64,000 bases of DNA. Source: an uncultured Verrucomicrobiae bacterium. Lineage in GTDB: Bacteria; Verrucomicrobiota; Verrucomicrobiia; Limisphaerales; Palsa-1400. Within the stretch, counting starts at the first letter, position 1. Each line of letters starts with the position of its first letter. The translations under genes were made by a program, and so were the position numbers. Below, one piece after another: positions 27,205 through 36,127 of the stretch. Under the pieces are notes generated by a model. That model was not told the DNA's origin. It made no database searches and was given only the letters and a program-made list of their open reading frames with translations. Where the stretch lies: assembly GCA_963764165.1 (NCBI GenBank), contig CAVXRD010000003.1, forward strand, positions 725,858 through 789,857, given 5' to 3'.

Positions 27205-28345
27205 AGGCAGGCCAAACTCGTTTGAAGACGCCCACCAACCCGGCCCAATCCGGCGCGTCGGTGTGGAGCAATTGCTGCAATCGGCGCAAGAGGCGCGGCT
27301 TCGAGGTCACGTCCGTGTCCCACAGCAGGAGTGCCAGCGCGTTGAAAAGGCGCTCTCGCGGATAGCGGAATGAGGACGCTTCCGGAAACGCCTTAAATCC
27401 GAACGTCCGAACACTCAAAAGGAAGTTTCGCCACGCGGAAGTCTCCGGGCACTTTTCGACGGTGCTCAGGGCGTAATCGGAGATGGTTTCAAAGCTCTGC
27501 TTCAATCGGCGGCTCTCCAGCCACAGCCAAAGCCTCTGCGCCAGCGCCGTCAATTGCCTATGTTCCACTTCAAATTCCTCAACTGATTTGCTGGAAATCT
27601 TGGGATGCAGCTTGAATGCCATTCCGGCGACATGGTGCGCCCGGATTTCCGGCATCCACGGATTCAACTCTCCCGCATCCAACACCGCCAGCCGCCGGTT
27701 GCGCTCGCAGACGCTCCAATGATATTCGCCGAAAACGGTCAAGACGGCGTCGCCCAGCGCGAGTTGCAACTTGGCGATATTGCGGCCGATAAAATCCGCC
27801 TCTTCCCGCGTCAATCGCCGCTTGTCCAACAGTTCTCGCGCCATCAGTAGACCTGAGCAGCGATTGAACATTAGGCGGGTGGCTTCCGATAAAGGAATGG
27901 CCGGGGCGCGCAAATGGTGGCCGCAATCATTCAGGATTCCTTCATTCCCAAAAATAACGCGATGCCCCGCCACCAGATCGTAGCTGAACATCGTCACCGC
28001 GCTGTCCCTCCACCTGTCAATAACATCTATTTTGAACTCAACCGCCATGCCCGCATCCACCGAAAGGCGCTCGCCCAGCTCGTGCAGTTTCCCTCGATAC
28101 CGGCGGTCATTCAGCACACGATTGCCGCGCAGGAAAACATAGAATTCGAAATCGTTGTACGGTTTGTCAGCAGCCGCTTCGCGCAAAACGCCGCCTTCGC
28201 CGCGGCCGTAGCCGCCGCCCAGCACAATGGCGTCGATTTCTTTGGCCGGAATCGCCGCCGTCACACCTTCGCGAACTTGCTCGCAAAGCTGCTCCAACCG
28301 CGTTTCCAGTTCGGCGCTTCCGTCAACTGTGAACCGTTTGATCAT
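27197..28345 (-). CDS. Nucleotidyltransferase-fold protein of unknown function
   Basis: AIVLGGGYGRGEGG..PYNDFEFYVF matches the pol-beta NTase G[GS]..DxD/E signature. Confidence 0.72.
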   Translation of the reverse strand: MIKRFTVDGSAELETRLEQLCEQVREGVTAAIPAKEIDAIVLGGGYGRGEGGVLREAAADKPYNDFEFYVFLRGNRVLNDRRYRGKLHELGERLSVDAGMAVEFKIDVIDRWRDSAVTMFSYDLVAGHRVIFGNEGILNDCGHHLRAPAIPLSEATRLMFNRCSGLLMARELLDKRRLTREEADFIGRNIAKLQLALGDAVLTVFGEYHWSVCERNRRLAVLDAGELNPWMPEIRAHHVAGMAFKLHPKISSKSVEEFEVEHRQLTALAQRLWLWLESRRLKQSFETISDYALSTVEKCPETSAWRNFLLSVRTFGFKAFPEASSFRYPRERLFNALALLLWDTDVTSKPRLLRRLQQLLHTDAPDWAGLVGVFKRVWPAYG

Positions 28346-29207
28346 TTCGATAAAATTTCCATCCTTCGCGAAAACCCTCCAATTTGGCGCGCCGCTGCTG
28401 CCAGCGAATTTGCGCGGCGTGCGGCAATTCCTTCAGGCGGCCTTCGCGCGCGCAGAATTGAAAATCGCGGCGGAGATCGTTCATCCAGCCGAGCATCACC
28501 GTGCGCGGCCAATTGACTTCCGAGACCGGGCGCTGCCACACCGCAGCGAGCGCCTTCGCCTCGCCAAAGGACCGTTTGTAAGCCTGCGCGGGAGTGTAAT
28601 TATGCGAGTGCATGACCACCGACTCCGGGCAGTAAACCACTTTGTATCCTTGGGCGCGGCACCAGCGAGTATACTCGTCGTCTTCCGAATATTGCATCGA
28701 CTCCAGGAAACCGCGCTTGGACCAGATGTCCTTGCGCAATCCGCTGCTGACCATGCTGAAAAAATGATCCCATTGCGCGGAATCCCGGCTTTCGCCAAAA
28801 CACCGAACGTAATCGTGGGCAAACACCGCCTGGCAATCCGGCCGCGGAATCTGCCGCCCAAATACGGCGGCCGTTTTCTCGTCCTGCAATGCGTTCACCA
28901 GCGGCCGCAGCCAGTTCCGCCCCTGTGGTGTCGCGTCGGCGTTCACAAAAATTGCGAATTCCGAACTGGCAAGCTTCATTCCCAAATTCATCACGCGCGA
29001 CGGATTATATTCGTGCGGCCGAATTTGGATGAAGTGACTTGGCCCGGCGTCCTGAATCAAATCCACCGAGCCGTCCGTGGAGCCGGAATCAATCACAATC
29101 AGCTCCCAATTCTTCCAATCCTGATTTTTCAACGCAGGCAGCGTCTGGCGAAGAGCCCACCCTTCGTTAAACGAACGCATAATGATACTGATCAATGGAT
29201 CACTCAT
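28323..29207 (-). CDS. Glycosyltransferase family 2 (rhamnosyltransferase-like)
   Basis: ISIIMRSFNE, VIDSGSTDG, NADA, SEDDE, VMHSHNY. Confidence 0.92.
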   Translation of the reverse strand: MSDPLISIIMRSFNEGWALRQTLPALKNQDWKNWELIVIDSGSTDGSVDLIQDAGPSHFIQIRPHEYNPSRVMNLGMKLASSEFAIFVNADATPQGRNWLRPLVNALQDEKTAAVFGRQIPRPDCQAVFAHDYVRCFGESRDSAQWDHFFSMVSSGLRKDIWSKRGFLESMQYSEDDEYTRWCRAQGYKVVYCPESVVMHSHNYTPAQAYKRSFGEAKALAAVWQRPVSEVNWPRTVMLGWMNDLRRDFQFCAREGRLKELPHAAQIRWQQRRAKLEGFREGWKFYRNDQTVHS

Positions 29208-29468
29208 CTCAGCGACAAGAGTGCCGGAAATTTAGTTTCGGCGTATGGGTGAATACCCCACTCCGCCCCGTCCTCCATCTTTTCACAATCTCACCGATAA
29301 TGGGCGGTAATCGAGGTCCGCGTGATTCCGCAGGGCCCAAATGCGGTTTATTCGGGGAAAAAACCAAGGGTGCAATAGGGTGAAATAGGATGCAATGCCC
29401 TGGCCCTGGATCGGGTAGGAATGAAGGGATGGAGAGGCGCAGGTAAGATTGCCGCCGGTCCGCTTTGA

Positions 29469-29655
29469 GCGGAGCGCGGCTGTGTCGAAGACCAGCCGCA
29501 GCAACTCTCAAACAACTGACAGCGATTCTTGTTGCGGCCACCTCCAAAAAACAGATTAAAACTTCGGAACTGCGACTGGCGAGCCTGGAGATCTTTCCAA
29601 CGCGCCACTCGTTTCGACGCGGCTGCGGCTGGTCTTCGACACAGCCGCGCTCCGC
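29469..29655. repeat. REP doublet (REPIN-like): 34-bp perfect inverted repeat with a 119-bp spacer
   Basis: GCGGAGCGCGGCTGTGTCGAAGACCAGCCGCAGC at 29469-29502 and its reverse complement at 29622-29655. Confidence 0.85.
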
Positions 29656-29840
29656 TGTCGGCCTGCGTCCACCACGCGTTTTCAATCACACCCCTCGAAT
29701 CAGAGACCGATTGCCTCGTCTCGCGCCTTTCAAAATGTCAAAGAACCCGCCCTGACGGGCACAGGGAGAAAAATAAGCTCAAAAATCTTTTTTGTCAATT
29801 ATGCTTGCAGTTACACTGTTTCGTGGTATTTAGTGAGCGT

Positions 29841-30855
29841 ATGACAACCGTATCATCGATTGTTCAGCCGGGGCCGGTGGCGAAAACAGCGCCGGGCCAG
29901 GAGTGCTGCGGGCCGACCGGCCGCGCCCGCACCAGCAAGATCGCGCGTCTGCCCGCCGATATCCGGGCTGAATTGAACGAGCGGCTTCTGGAAGCGGAGC
30001 CGCCTGCCGCCATTCTGGAATGGCTCAACGGCCTCCCGGAGGTGCAGCGCGTGCTGGCGCAATCTTTTGACTCCCAGCCCATCACGGAAGTCAACCTCTC
30101 GCGCTGGCGCCAGGGCGGTTACGCCGGGTGGCTGGAGCAGCGGAACACGCAGGAGGCGGTGGAAGCCGTGGCGACGGCCGCCGCCGGGGTGGAAGGTCCG
30201 GCGGCGGAAAATCTCAACCGGCATCTGGCGGTCGTGCTGAGCGCGCGGCTGTTCGTGGAGATGCAGCGCTGCGGGGCCATGCCCGACGGGCCGGACAAGA
30301 CGGCGTCGCTGCACCAATTGGTGGTGTCTGTACGCCCTGTTGCGCCGAGCGGAGTATTATGGCGAGAAGGTGCGGCTCGACCGGGAGAAGCTGAAAATGC
30401 TGGAGGAGCGCCTGCGGCAAGAGGCGGAAAAAAACCGCAAGCGCTCGCCCGAGGAACAGGAGGACCGCATCAATAAAATCCTGGGCACAGGCCGCTTCGC
30501 CGCCAACTGGAACAACGACCTAAGACGATGGGAAGGGCCGGGAGCGGCGATGCGGTATGAGGAGGAGGAAGTCACGCTCCAGGTGCGGACGGAAATGAAG
30601 CGGCGCTATCCCAATGGTTTCCCGGAAGGCTACCGCCCTCCCTACGGCGACCCATTGCCCGTTTATCCTAAGCCTGTTGACACCCCAAAGAGTGTCAATC
30701 ATTCAGAGCAGAAGCCCAGTGTTCCAGCGCGCAGCGATGACGATAGCCCGCCCAGCAATCCCAACGGGAGAATGGCGAGAAAAGGTAGCGGACACAACAC
30801 AGGCCACCATGGGTGGATGTTGGGCGACAATCGACAAATGAACAAATTGCCATGA
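29841..30855 (+). pseudogene. DUF3486/Mu gp27-like orphan, split by a +1 frameshift near 30337
   Basis: RTSKIARLP..RAELNERL..NLSRWRQGGY..W; frames rejoin as VSVR/LLRRAEYYGEK if one C of CCC is removed. Confidence 0.65.
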
Positions 30856-31167
30856 CGACGCTTATGCGCGAGGGCAATGCGGCTTTTACGGCCCCGGCGC
30901 GAGCGGCGGAAATGGCAGCGGATGAAGACTGATTCCCATTTCCGAATACAAAAGTGCCAAAAGTGAGGACTGACGTAGGCATGACGTATGCACAGGTTCT
31001 TAATGACTACCGAAGGGCTGGTTCGGGAGTGAAAATCGGCGCCGAGTGCGCGCATTCCCGGAAAAAGCGTTTTGGCACAACGATTTAACTTGCGGATCCG
31101 GGTGGGGGGAAATAGAAAATCATTAAATGGAAATGCCAGTCAAACCAATAACGAATTGAGCGTTCTT

Positions 31168-32940
31168 ATGAAATCCACAAAACAATCCCCAAGCGTATTG
31201 CTAACACTCAATAGAATTCTCCCCGCCCTAACGGGAGGATTGTTACTTTTCTCGGGCACTGCCCTGCGCGCTCAGACAAACTCCATTCTGGACCTCGGCA
31301 CTTTGGGAGGGGCCAGCAGCTCGCCGAACGGAATAAACAACAACGGTCAGGTTTGTGGCTCAGCATATACCACTAATGGGGAACAGCACGCTTTCCTCTA
31401 CACCAACGGAACCATGATAGATTTGGGCACGTTGGGAGGCTCCTTCGCCAGCGGGTCAGCAATAAACAACAGCGGGCAAGTTGCCGGCGAATCATATACG
31501 CCCGGTAATTCATCCTCCTCTACGCATGCTTTCCTCTACACATCTGGAGCCTTGCAAGATTTGGGCACTTTGGGCGGATCCTACAGCGAGGCGGACGCAA
31601 TGAACGACAGCGGCTGGGTTGTCGGCGCTTCATATACGGCTGGTAATGCTCTAAATCCTTTCCTCTACACCAATGGAGTCATGTATGACTTGGGTACATT
31701 GGGAGGAGACTGGGGCGCGGCGAGCGGCGTAAACAACAAGGGTCAGGTTAGTGGCGTAGCATATACCGCTAATGTGGAAGAGCACGCTTTCCTCTACACC
31801 TCTGGAGCCATGCTAGATTTGGGCACTTTGGGAGGGTCGGTTAGCTATGCGAACGGAATAAACAACAACGGTCAAGTTACTGGCGGTTCATATACCGCCA
31901 GTGGGGCTACCCATGCTTTCCTCTACACCTCTGGAGCCATGCAAGATTTGGGCACTTTGGGGGGGGACACCAGCTTTGCGGAAGGAATAAACGACAACGG
32001 CCAGGTTGTCGGCTGGTCTGACACCTCTGATGGCACACAGGATGCTTTCCTCTACATCAATGGCGTGATGATCGACCTCAATAATCTGCTTCCGGCAAAT
32101 TCCGGTTGGACTCTCGAAAATGCTGTGGCTATCAACGATTTGGGGCAAATCGTCGGACAGGGTTATAATGCGGCCACCGGCCAAGACGATGCATTTTTGC
32201 TCAACATCTACTCGCCGCTCTCCGTAACTGCCCAACCGCAATCGTTGGAGGTCAATGCTTTCACCACCGCATCATTTTCCGTGACTGCAACCGGCACGCC
32301 ACCTCTGGGCTACCAATGGTCGGTGAACGGCACAAACATCCCGGGGGCTACTTCCAGCACTTTGACGGTTTCAAATGTGGTGCAAACAAATTTAGGAACG
32401 TATTCCGTATTAGTCACCAGCGCTTCCGGCTCGACCAACAGTTCTAATGCAACGCTCTCGATGTATCCTTACTTGATCGCTCCATTTGCCGGGGTCGATA
32501 CGTATTGGGGCCAAACAAACACCTTGAGCGTAGGTGCCTGGGGAACGGGGCCGTTGAGTTACCAATGGTTTGACAACGGGAACGCCATCGACAGTGCTAC
32601 GAATTCTACTTTGACGCTGTCCAACATTCAATTCACAAATGCCGGACTTTATTCAGTAGTCGTGTCAAGCGCGTTGGGCAGCGTCACAAATACCCCGAAT
32701 CAGGTCATTGTGAACCCGGCCAATGTCGGAGTTCAACTCTGCCCGAATGTCGTGATTCAGGGGACCGTCGGCTACAATTTCATCATTCAGAGCACGACTA
32801 ATCTAGCCGACACGAATTCATGGATAACTCAAGCCAACCTGACTCTAACTCAACCAGTGCAGTTCTGGGATGACACCAATACAGACGTCAACCAGCCAAG
32901 CAATCCACGGAAGTTTTATCGGGTGTTGCCTGGACAATAA
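31168..32940 (+). CDS. Secreted HAF-repeat (DLGTLGG) beta-propeller + Ig domains + FYRV tail
   Basis: Signal peptide, about 7 HAFLYT..DLGTLGG..INNNGQV repeats, two YQW/YSV Ig domains, ends RKFYRVLPGQ. Confidence 0.92.
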   Translation: MKSTKQSPSVLLTLNRILPALTGGLLLFSGTALRAQTNSILDLGTLGGASSSPNGINNNGQVCGSAYTTNGEQHAFLYTNGTMIDLGTLGGSFASGSAINNSGQVAGESYTPGNSSSSTHAFLYTSGALQDLGTLGGSYSEADAMNDSGWVVGASYTAGNALNPFLYTNGVMYDLGTLGGDWGAASGVNNKGQVSGVAYTANVEEHAFLYTSGAMLDLGTLGGSVSYANGINNNGQVTGGSYTASGATHAFLYTSGAMQDLGTLGGDTSFAEGINDNGQVVGWSDTSDGTQDAFLYINGVMIDLNNLLPANSGWTLENAVAINDLGQIVGQGYNAATGQDDAFLLNIYSPLSVTAQPQSLEVNAFTTASFSVTATGTPPLGYQWSVNGTNIPGATSSTLTVSNVVQTNLGTYSVLVTSASGSTNSSNATLSMYPYLIAPFAGVDTYWGQTNTLSVGAWGTGPLSYQWFDNGNAIDSATNSTLTLSNIQFTNAGLYSVVVSSALGSVTNTPNQVIVNPANVGVQLCPNVVIQGTVGYNFIIQSTTNLADTNSWITQANLTLTQPVQFWDDTNTDVNQPSNPRKFYRVLPGQ

Positions 32941-32983
32941 AGACCTATCGCGGAAATCAAAGCGGCAGATACTTGTGTCCTCG

Positions 32984-33046
32984 CTTTTTGCGCTAGATGA
33001 GACCGGCTGGAATTTCGGCGGCTCTAAGAGGGGCTACCGCCTTCGC
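32984..33046 (+). repeat. 63-bp direct repeat, copy 1
   Basis: CTTTTTGC.CTA.A.GAGACCGGCTGGAATTTCGG.GGCTC..CCGCCTTCGC shared with 34109-34171. Confidence 0.85.
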
Positions 33047-33187
33047 TGTCGCTTCGGCGCTACAAGTCCGCCTTGGCCGAGGCTTCGGCGCGACAAGTCC
33101 GGATAGGCGTTTTTCGAGCTTTGGGCGGGGCGAAGTCGAAAGCATTGTCCGTCGCCCGGTGCCGAGATGCGGTAGGCATGAACGGAT

Positions 33188-33416
33188 ATGGATTACCGTA
33201 AGTTCATCACCATTGAGGCTGGCAAGCGCGGCGGGCGTCCGTGCATTCGGAGGACGCGGATCGCCGTGGCCGACGCGCTTGGCTGGCTGGCTGCCTGCGG
33301 GGATGACGCACGCTGAAATCATTGGCGACTTTCCTGAATTGACGCAGAAAGACGTTCGGGCTTGCCCCGAGTACGCCGCTGAACGTGAACGCCGCCTCGT
33401 CACTGTGGCCGAATGA
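33188..33416 (+). pseudogene. DUF433 antitoxin, frameshifted
   Basis: MDYRKFITIEAGKRGGRPCIRRTRIAVADALGWLA / AGMTHAEIIGDFPELT; frame break in a GCTG run near 33290. Confidence 0.8.
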
Positions 33417-33574
33417 AGCTGCTCTTATACCAGAACTTGAGTTTCAAATTGGCGAAGAAGCTGGGGGATGTATTTCCAGGGTCGGAGCAAGTAAGATTGG
33501 TCGGGATGCATGAAGCCGAAGACGACCGTTCCCGGCCTGTTCGCGGGCTTGCAAACAGGTGCGGGCCGCTTTAA
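33413..33574 (+). pseudogene. DUF5615 PIN-like toxin, truncated
   Basis: MKLLLYQNLSFKL..FPGSEQVR..EAEDD then a stop at 53 aa; catalytic Asp of DQNL replaced by Tyr. Confidence 0.72.
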
Positions 33575-33583
33575 TTCTTTTCC

Positions 33584-33781
33584 ATGAGTGCTGAGGAATT
33601 GGAGTCGGAAGTGACACGGCTGTCGAAACCGGAATTGGCTGCTTCTTCTCGATGGTTCGAGGAATTCGCCGCGGACTTATGGGATAAGCAGATCGAAACG
33701 GACATCGCTTCTGGCAAGCTCGATCACCTCGCGAGGCAGGCCGATGAGCATTTTGATGCAGGCCGCTGCACTCCCCTTTGA
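33584..33781 (+). CDS. Antitoxin of a ParE-like pair
   Basis: WF.EF..D.WDKQIE.D..SGKLD.LA; overlaps the toxin start. Confidence 0.78.
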   Translation: MSAEELESEVTRLSKPELAASSRWFEEFAADLWDKQIETDIASGKLDHLARQADEHFDAGRCTPL

Positions 33782-34035
33782 ACCACTTTGCCACTCCTGA
33801 GTATTTGTTTCATTAACGCCGGCTGGCGCCGGACCTTCGCGAATTGGCCGACGCAAAATTCCAGTTGCTGAAATCAGACCCACGCCATCCATCGCTCCGG
33901 TTCAAGAAAACTGGCATCCTTTGGTCCGTTCGGATTGGAGTGCGACATCGCGCGTTAGCCAGAGAACGAAAGGAAGGCTTTGTTTGGTTCTGGATAGGCA
34001 GGCATGACGCTTACGAGCAGATTCTGAAAAGATGA
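33778..34035 (+). pseudogene. ParE/RelE-like toxin with a premature stop
   Basis: MNHFATPEYLFH*RRL..DPRHPSLRFKK..WSVRIG..WFWIG.H; in-frame TAA at 33814-33816. Confidence 0.75.
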
Positions 34036-34108
34036 AGCCCTTCGCCAGCCTCCTAGAAATCTGGCGCTGCCATTTGATGCTGATGGCCATGCGCCGGTGT
34101 CACCCTAA

Positions 34109-34452
34109 CTTTTTGCACTAAAAGAGACCGGCTGGAATTTCGGTGGCTCCGAGACGAGTTCCCGCCTTCGCGGAAGGCTTCCCCCTTCGCTAAAGCTTCC
34201 TCACTTCGCTAAAGCTATGGAGGACGAGACGGACGACAGGAGGCTTCCGCCTTCGCGCTTTGGCGTGATCGAGCAGGAAACTTCACGCCGTGGGCGCGGA
34301 CCTGCCTGCCCAAAAGGGGCTAAAGACCGACGGCAAGCGATTGAGGAGAACTGGCCCTCAACACAACATCCCGGGCGTCGCGGGGGTCGCTCCTACGGAG
34401 CTTGGAACATTTTTGTGGCGGGTTTCTACAACGATGCCGCGCCTGCGGCGCT
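34109..34452. repeat. Direct-repeat copy 2, nested CTTCGCTAAAGCT palindromes and a GCTCCTACGGAGC doublet
   Basis: Direct repeat 34109-34171; CTTCGCTAAAGCT twice at about 34185-34216; hairpins at 34386-34402 and 34436-34452. Confidence 0.7.
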
Positions 34453-34498
34453 TCGGCGGCGGCCAGGCCTTCCTGTCGCCTCAAGTCGCTGAACCCGT

Positions 34499-35722
34499 TT
34501 ATGAAATTGCCGCTGCCTGATAACGGTCTGACCGGGCAGAGCCGCCCGTCGTGGGTCGGCCGGAATTGGCCGCCTTCGCAAGATCGGCGTCGCGGGTCAT
34601 CAATCGGAAAACATCGGGAATCGCAGTAACGCCGTCCGGGATGGTCGGCTGGTTGGTGCAAAGGGAAGCGTAGCTGTGGGCGTCCGTTGGGTGGTAACCG
34701 TGCATGCCGCGAATGGGCCTGGCGCCCATGTGGCTCGGGACAATCAGAACCCCTTCCTTGGCCAGGAAAACCAATTCGCCGAAATAACGGTCTTTGAAGA
34801 GAGTGCCCATTTTCTCCAGTTCTTCATCCGGCACGATGCGCCCAAGCTCAACCTTTTGCAGGGCGCTCGTCACCAGCCAGCGGGCGCGGTCGTTGAAGAA
34901 CCAGAATCGCGCCATTGTGGAATCGTAGACCACGGCATAGTCATTCGGCACACGCAGTTGCAGTGCGTCGATTTCTTTCTTGAGATCCAGGATGGTATCG
35001 CAATTGGCCATGCCGTGATCGCTAAATACGTAAAGACGCACTTCTTCGTAATGCCCTTTGGCCGCCGCCAGAAGCTGCCCGATCCATTCCTCGTAGACGC
35101 GGAGCTTCACGGGAATTTCCGGGGATTTATTTCCCAGCATGTGAAGCATCCCGTCGAGGCCCGGCCAGTATTGAAAAGCAAAATCGATGCGCTCGGATTT
35201 TATTTCGCTCACCAAGGCGCTGAGGTTGACATGTTCGTCCAGCGTCGGATCGCTGACGAAATATGGGATTTCCCGCTCCACCAAATAATCGAAAATATTC
35301 GGCCCGCGATTGAGCCCCTTGGGCTGGAGGGGATTTTTGGTCTCGCTGAAGTTGTAGAGGGAGATTTGGTTGAACGGGATGTTGTAGAGATCGAAGTATC
35401 CGCGAAAACTGAGCCGGTTCTTGATAAATTTGGAAAGATACCGGCGGAAAATTCGGCGGCTGGTCAGGGCGGTGGGCAGCCATTGCAGGGGCTTGAGGGA
35501 CCTGAAGGGAGAGCGTTCCGGCTCGTAAACAAAATAGTTCCAATTGCGATGCTCCACGGGCCAGCGGCCTGACAAGATGGAAGGCACGCAGGCCGAGCTG
35601 TAGCCGAAAACCGAGGTCAGGCGCCGGCGGTTCGGCGCCATCTTGTTCATGAACGGATCGCTCTTGATGATCTCCCAGCCGCAGGCGTCAATAAAAACAA
35701 ATAGAGGCAGAACTGGCTTCAC
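34499..35722 (-). CDS. Alkaline phosphatase superfamily (NPP/phosphodiesterase-like) protein, no signal peptide
   Basis: FVFIDACGW, GYSSACVPSILSG, LDGMLH, FSDHGM, GMHGY. Confidence 0.88.
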   Translation of the reverse strand: MKPVLPLFVFIDACGWEIIKSDPFMNKMAPNRRRLTSVFGYSSACVPSILSGRWPVEHRNWNYFVYEPERSPFRSLKPLQWLPTALTSRRIFRRYLSKFIKNRLSFRGYFDLYNIPFNQISLYNFSETKNPLQPKGLNRGPNIFDYLVEREIPYFVSDPTLDEHVNLSALVSEIKSERIDFAFQYWPGLDGMLHMLGNKSPEIPVKLRVYEEWIGQLLAAAKGHYEEVRLYVFSDHGMANCDTILDLKKEIDALQLRVPNDYAVVYDSTMARFWFFNDRARWLVTSALQKVELGRIVPDEELEKMGTLFKDRYFGELVFLAKEGVLIVPSHMGARPIRGMHGYHPTDAHSYASLCTNQPTIPDGVTAIPDVFRLMTRDADLAKAANSGRPTTGGSARSDRYQAAAIS

Positions 35723-35907
35723 GCTCTGCCCTCCGCGGCGCGAGCGGACCTCAGCATCTGCGAAGAACGGACTTTTCGGCCGGAGCGGGCCGGCAGCCTG
35801 GCAATCGACCCTCTCTCAATCGGGACAACTCTCGGTTTGAGGTCACCCGGCGCGAAGGCAACGGGAATGAAGGTCACGGGCGCGCGTCTTGTGATTAGGT
35901 TCAACAT
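35719..35907 (-). CDS. 62-aa basic hypothetical protein coupled to the AP gene
   Basis: SD GAAAGGA before ATG 35907; its stop overlaps the GTG start (GTGA). Confidence 0.5.
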   Translation of the reverse strand: MLNLITRRAPVTFIPVAFAPGDLKPRVVPIERGSIARLPARSGRKVRSSQMLRSARAAEGRA

Positions 35908-36127
35908 AGCGGTCCTTTCTGCTGGCCGGGGTAATCCGGCGTGTTCGTTGCTGCTGCTCCCATGGGCTGGCAAACCTGGGAGAAAAAAATGTGGATGTTC
36001 AAGCGCCCGCCGGCCTCATTTCCGGCCGCTTGAATCTCATCAATGATGGAACCACAGTTCATACATTTACCGTTAAGGCATTTGACTCGAAATACCAATG
36101 GGGTGCCCGCCCCGAAAACCGGACCGT

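Noticed and set aside
29529..29840. N-terminal extension of ORF 29529-30476
   Set aside because: It runs through a REP arm and a promoter-like region; the real start is likely ATG 29841.
31280..32080. Regularly spaced ~130-bp repeats resembling a CRISPR array
   Set aside because: They are in-frame HAF/DLGTLGG coding repeats; the intervening segments are homologous and there are no cas genes.
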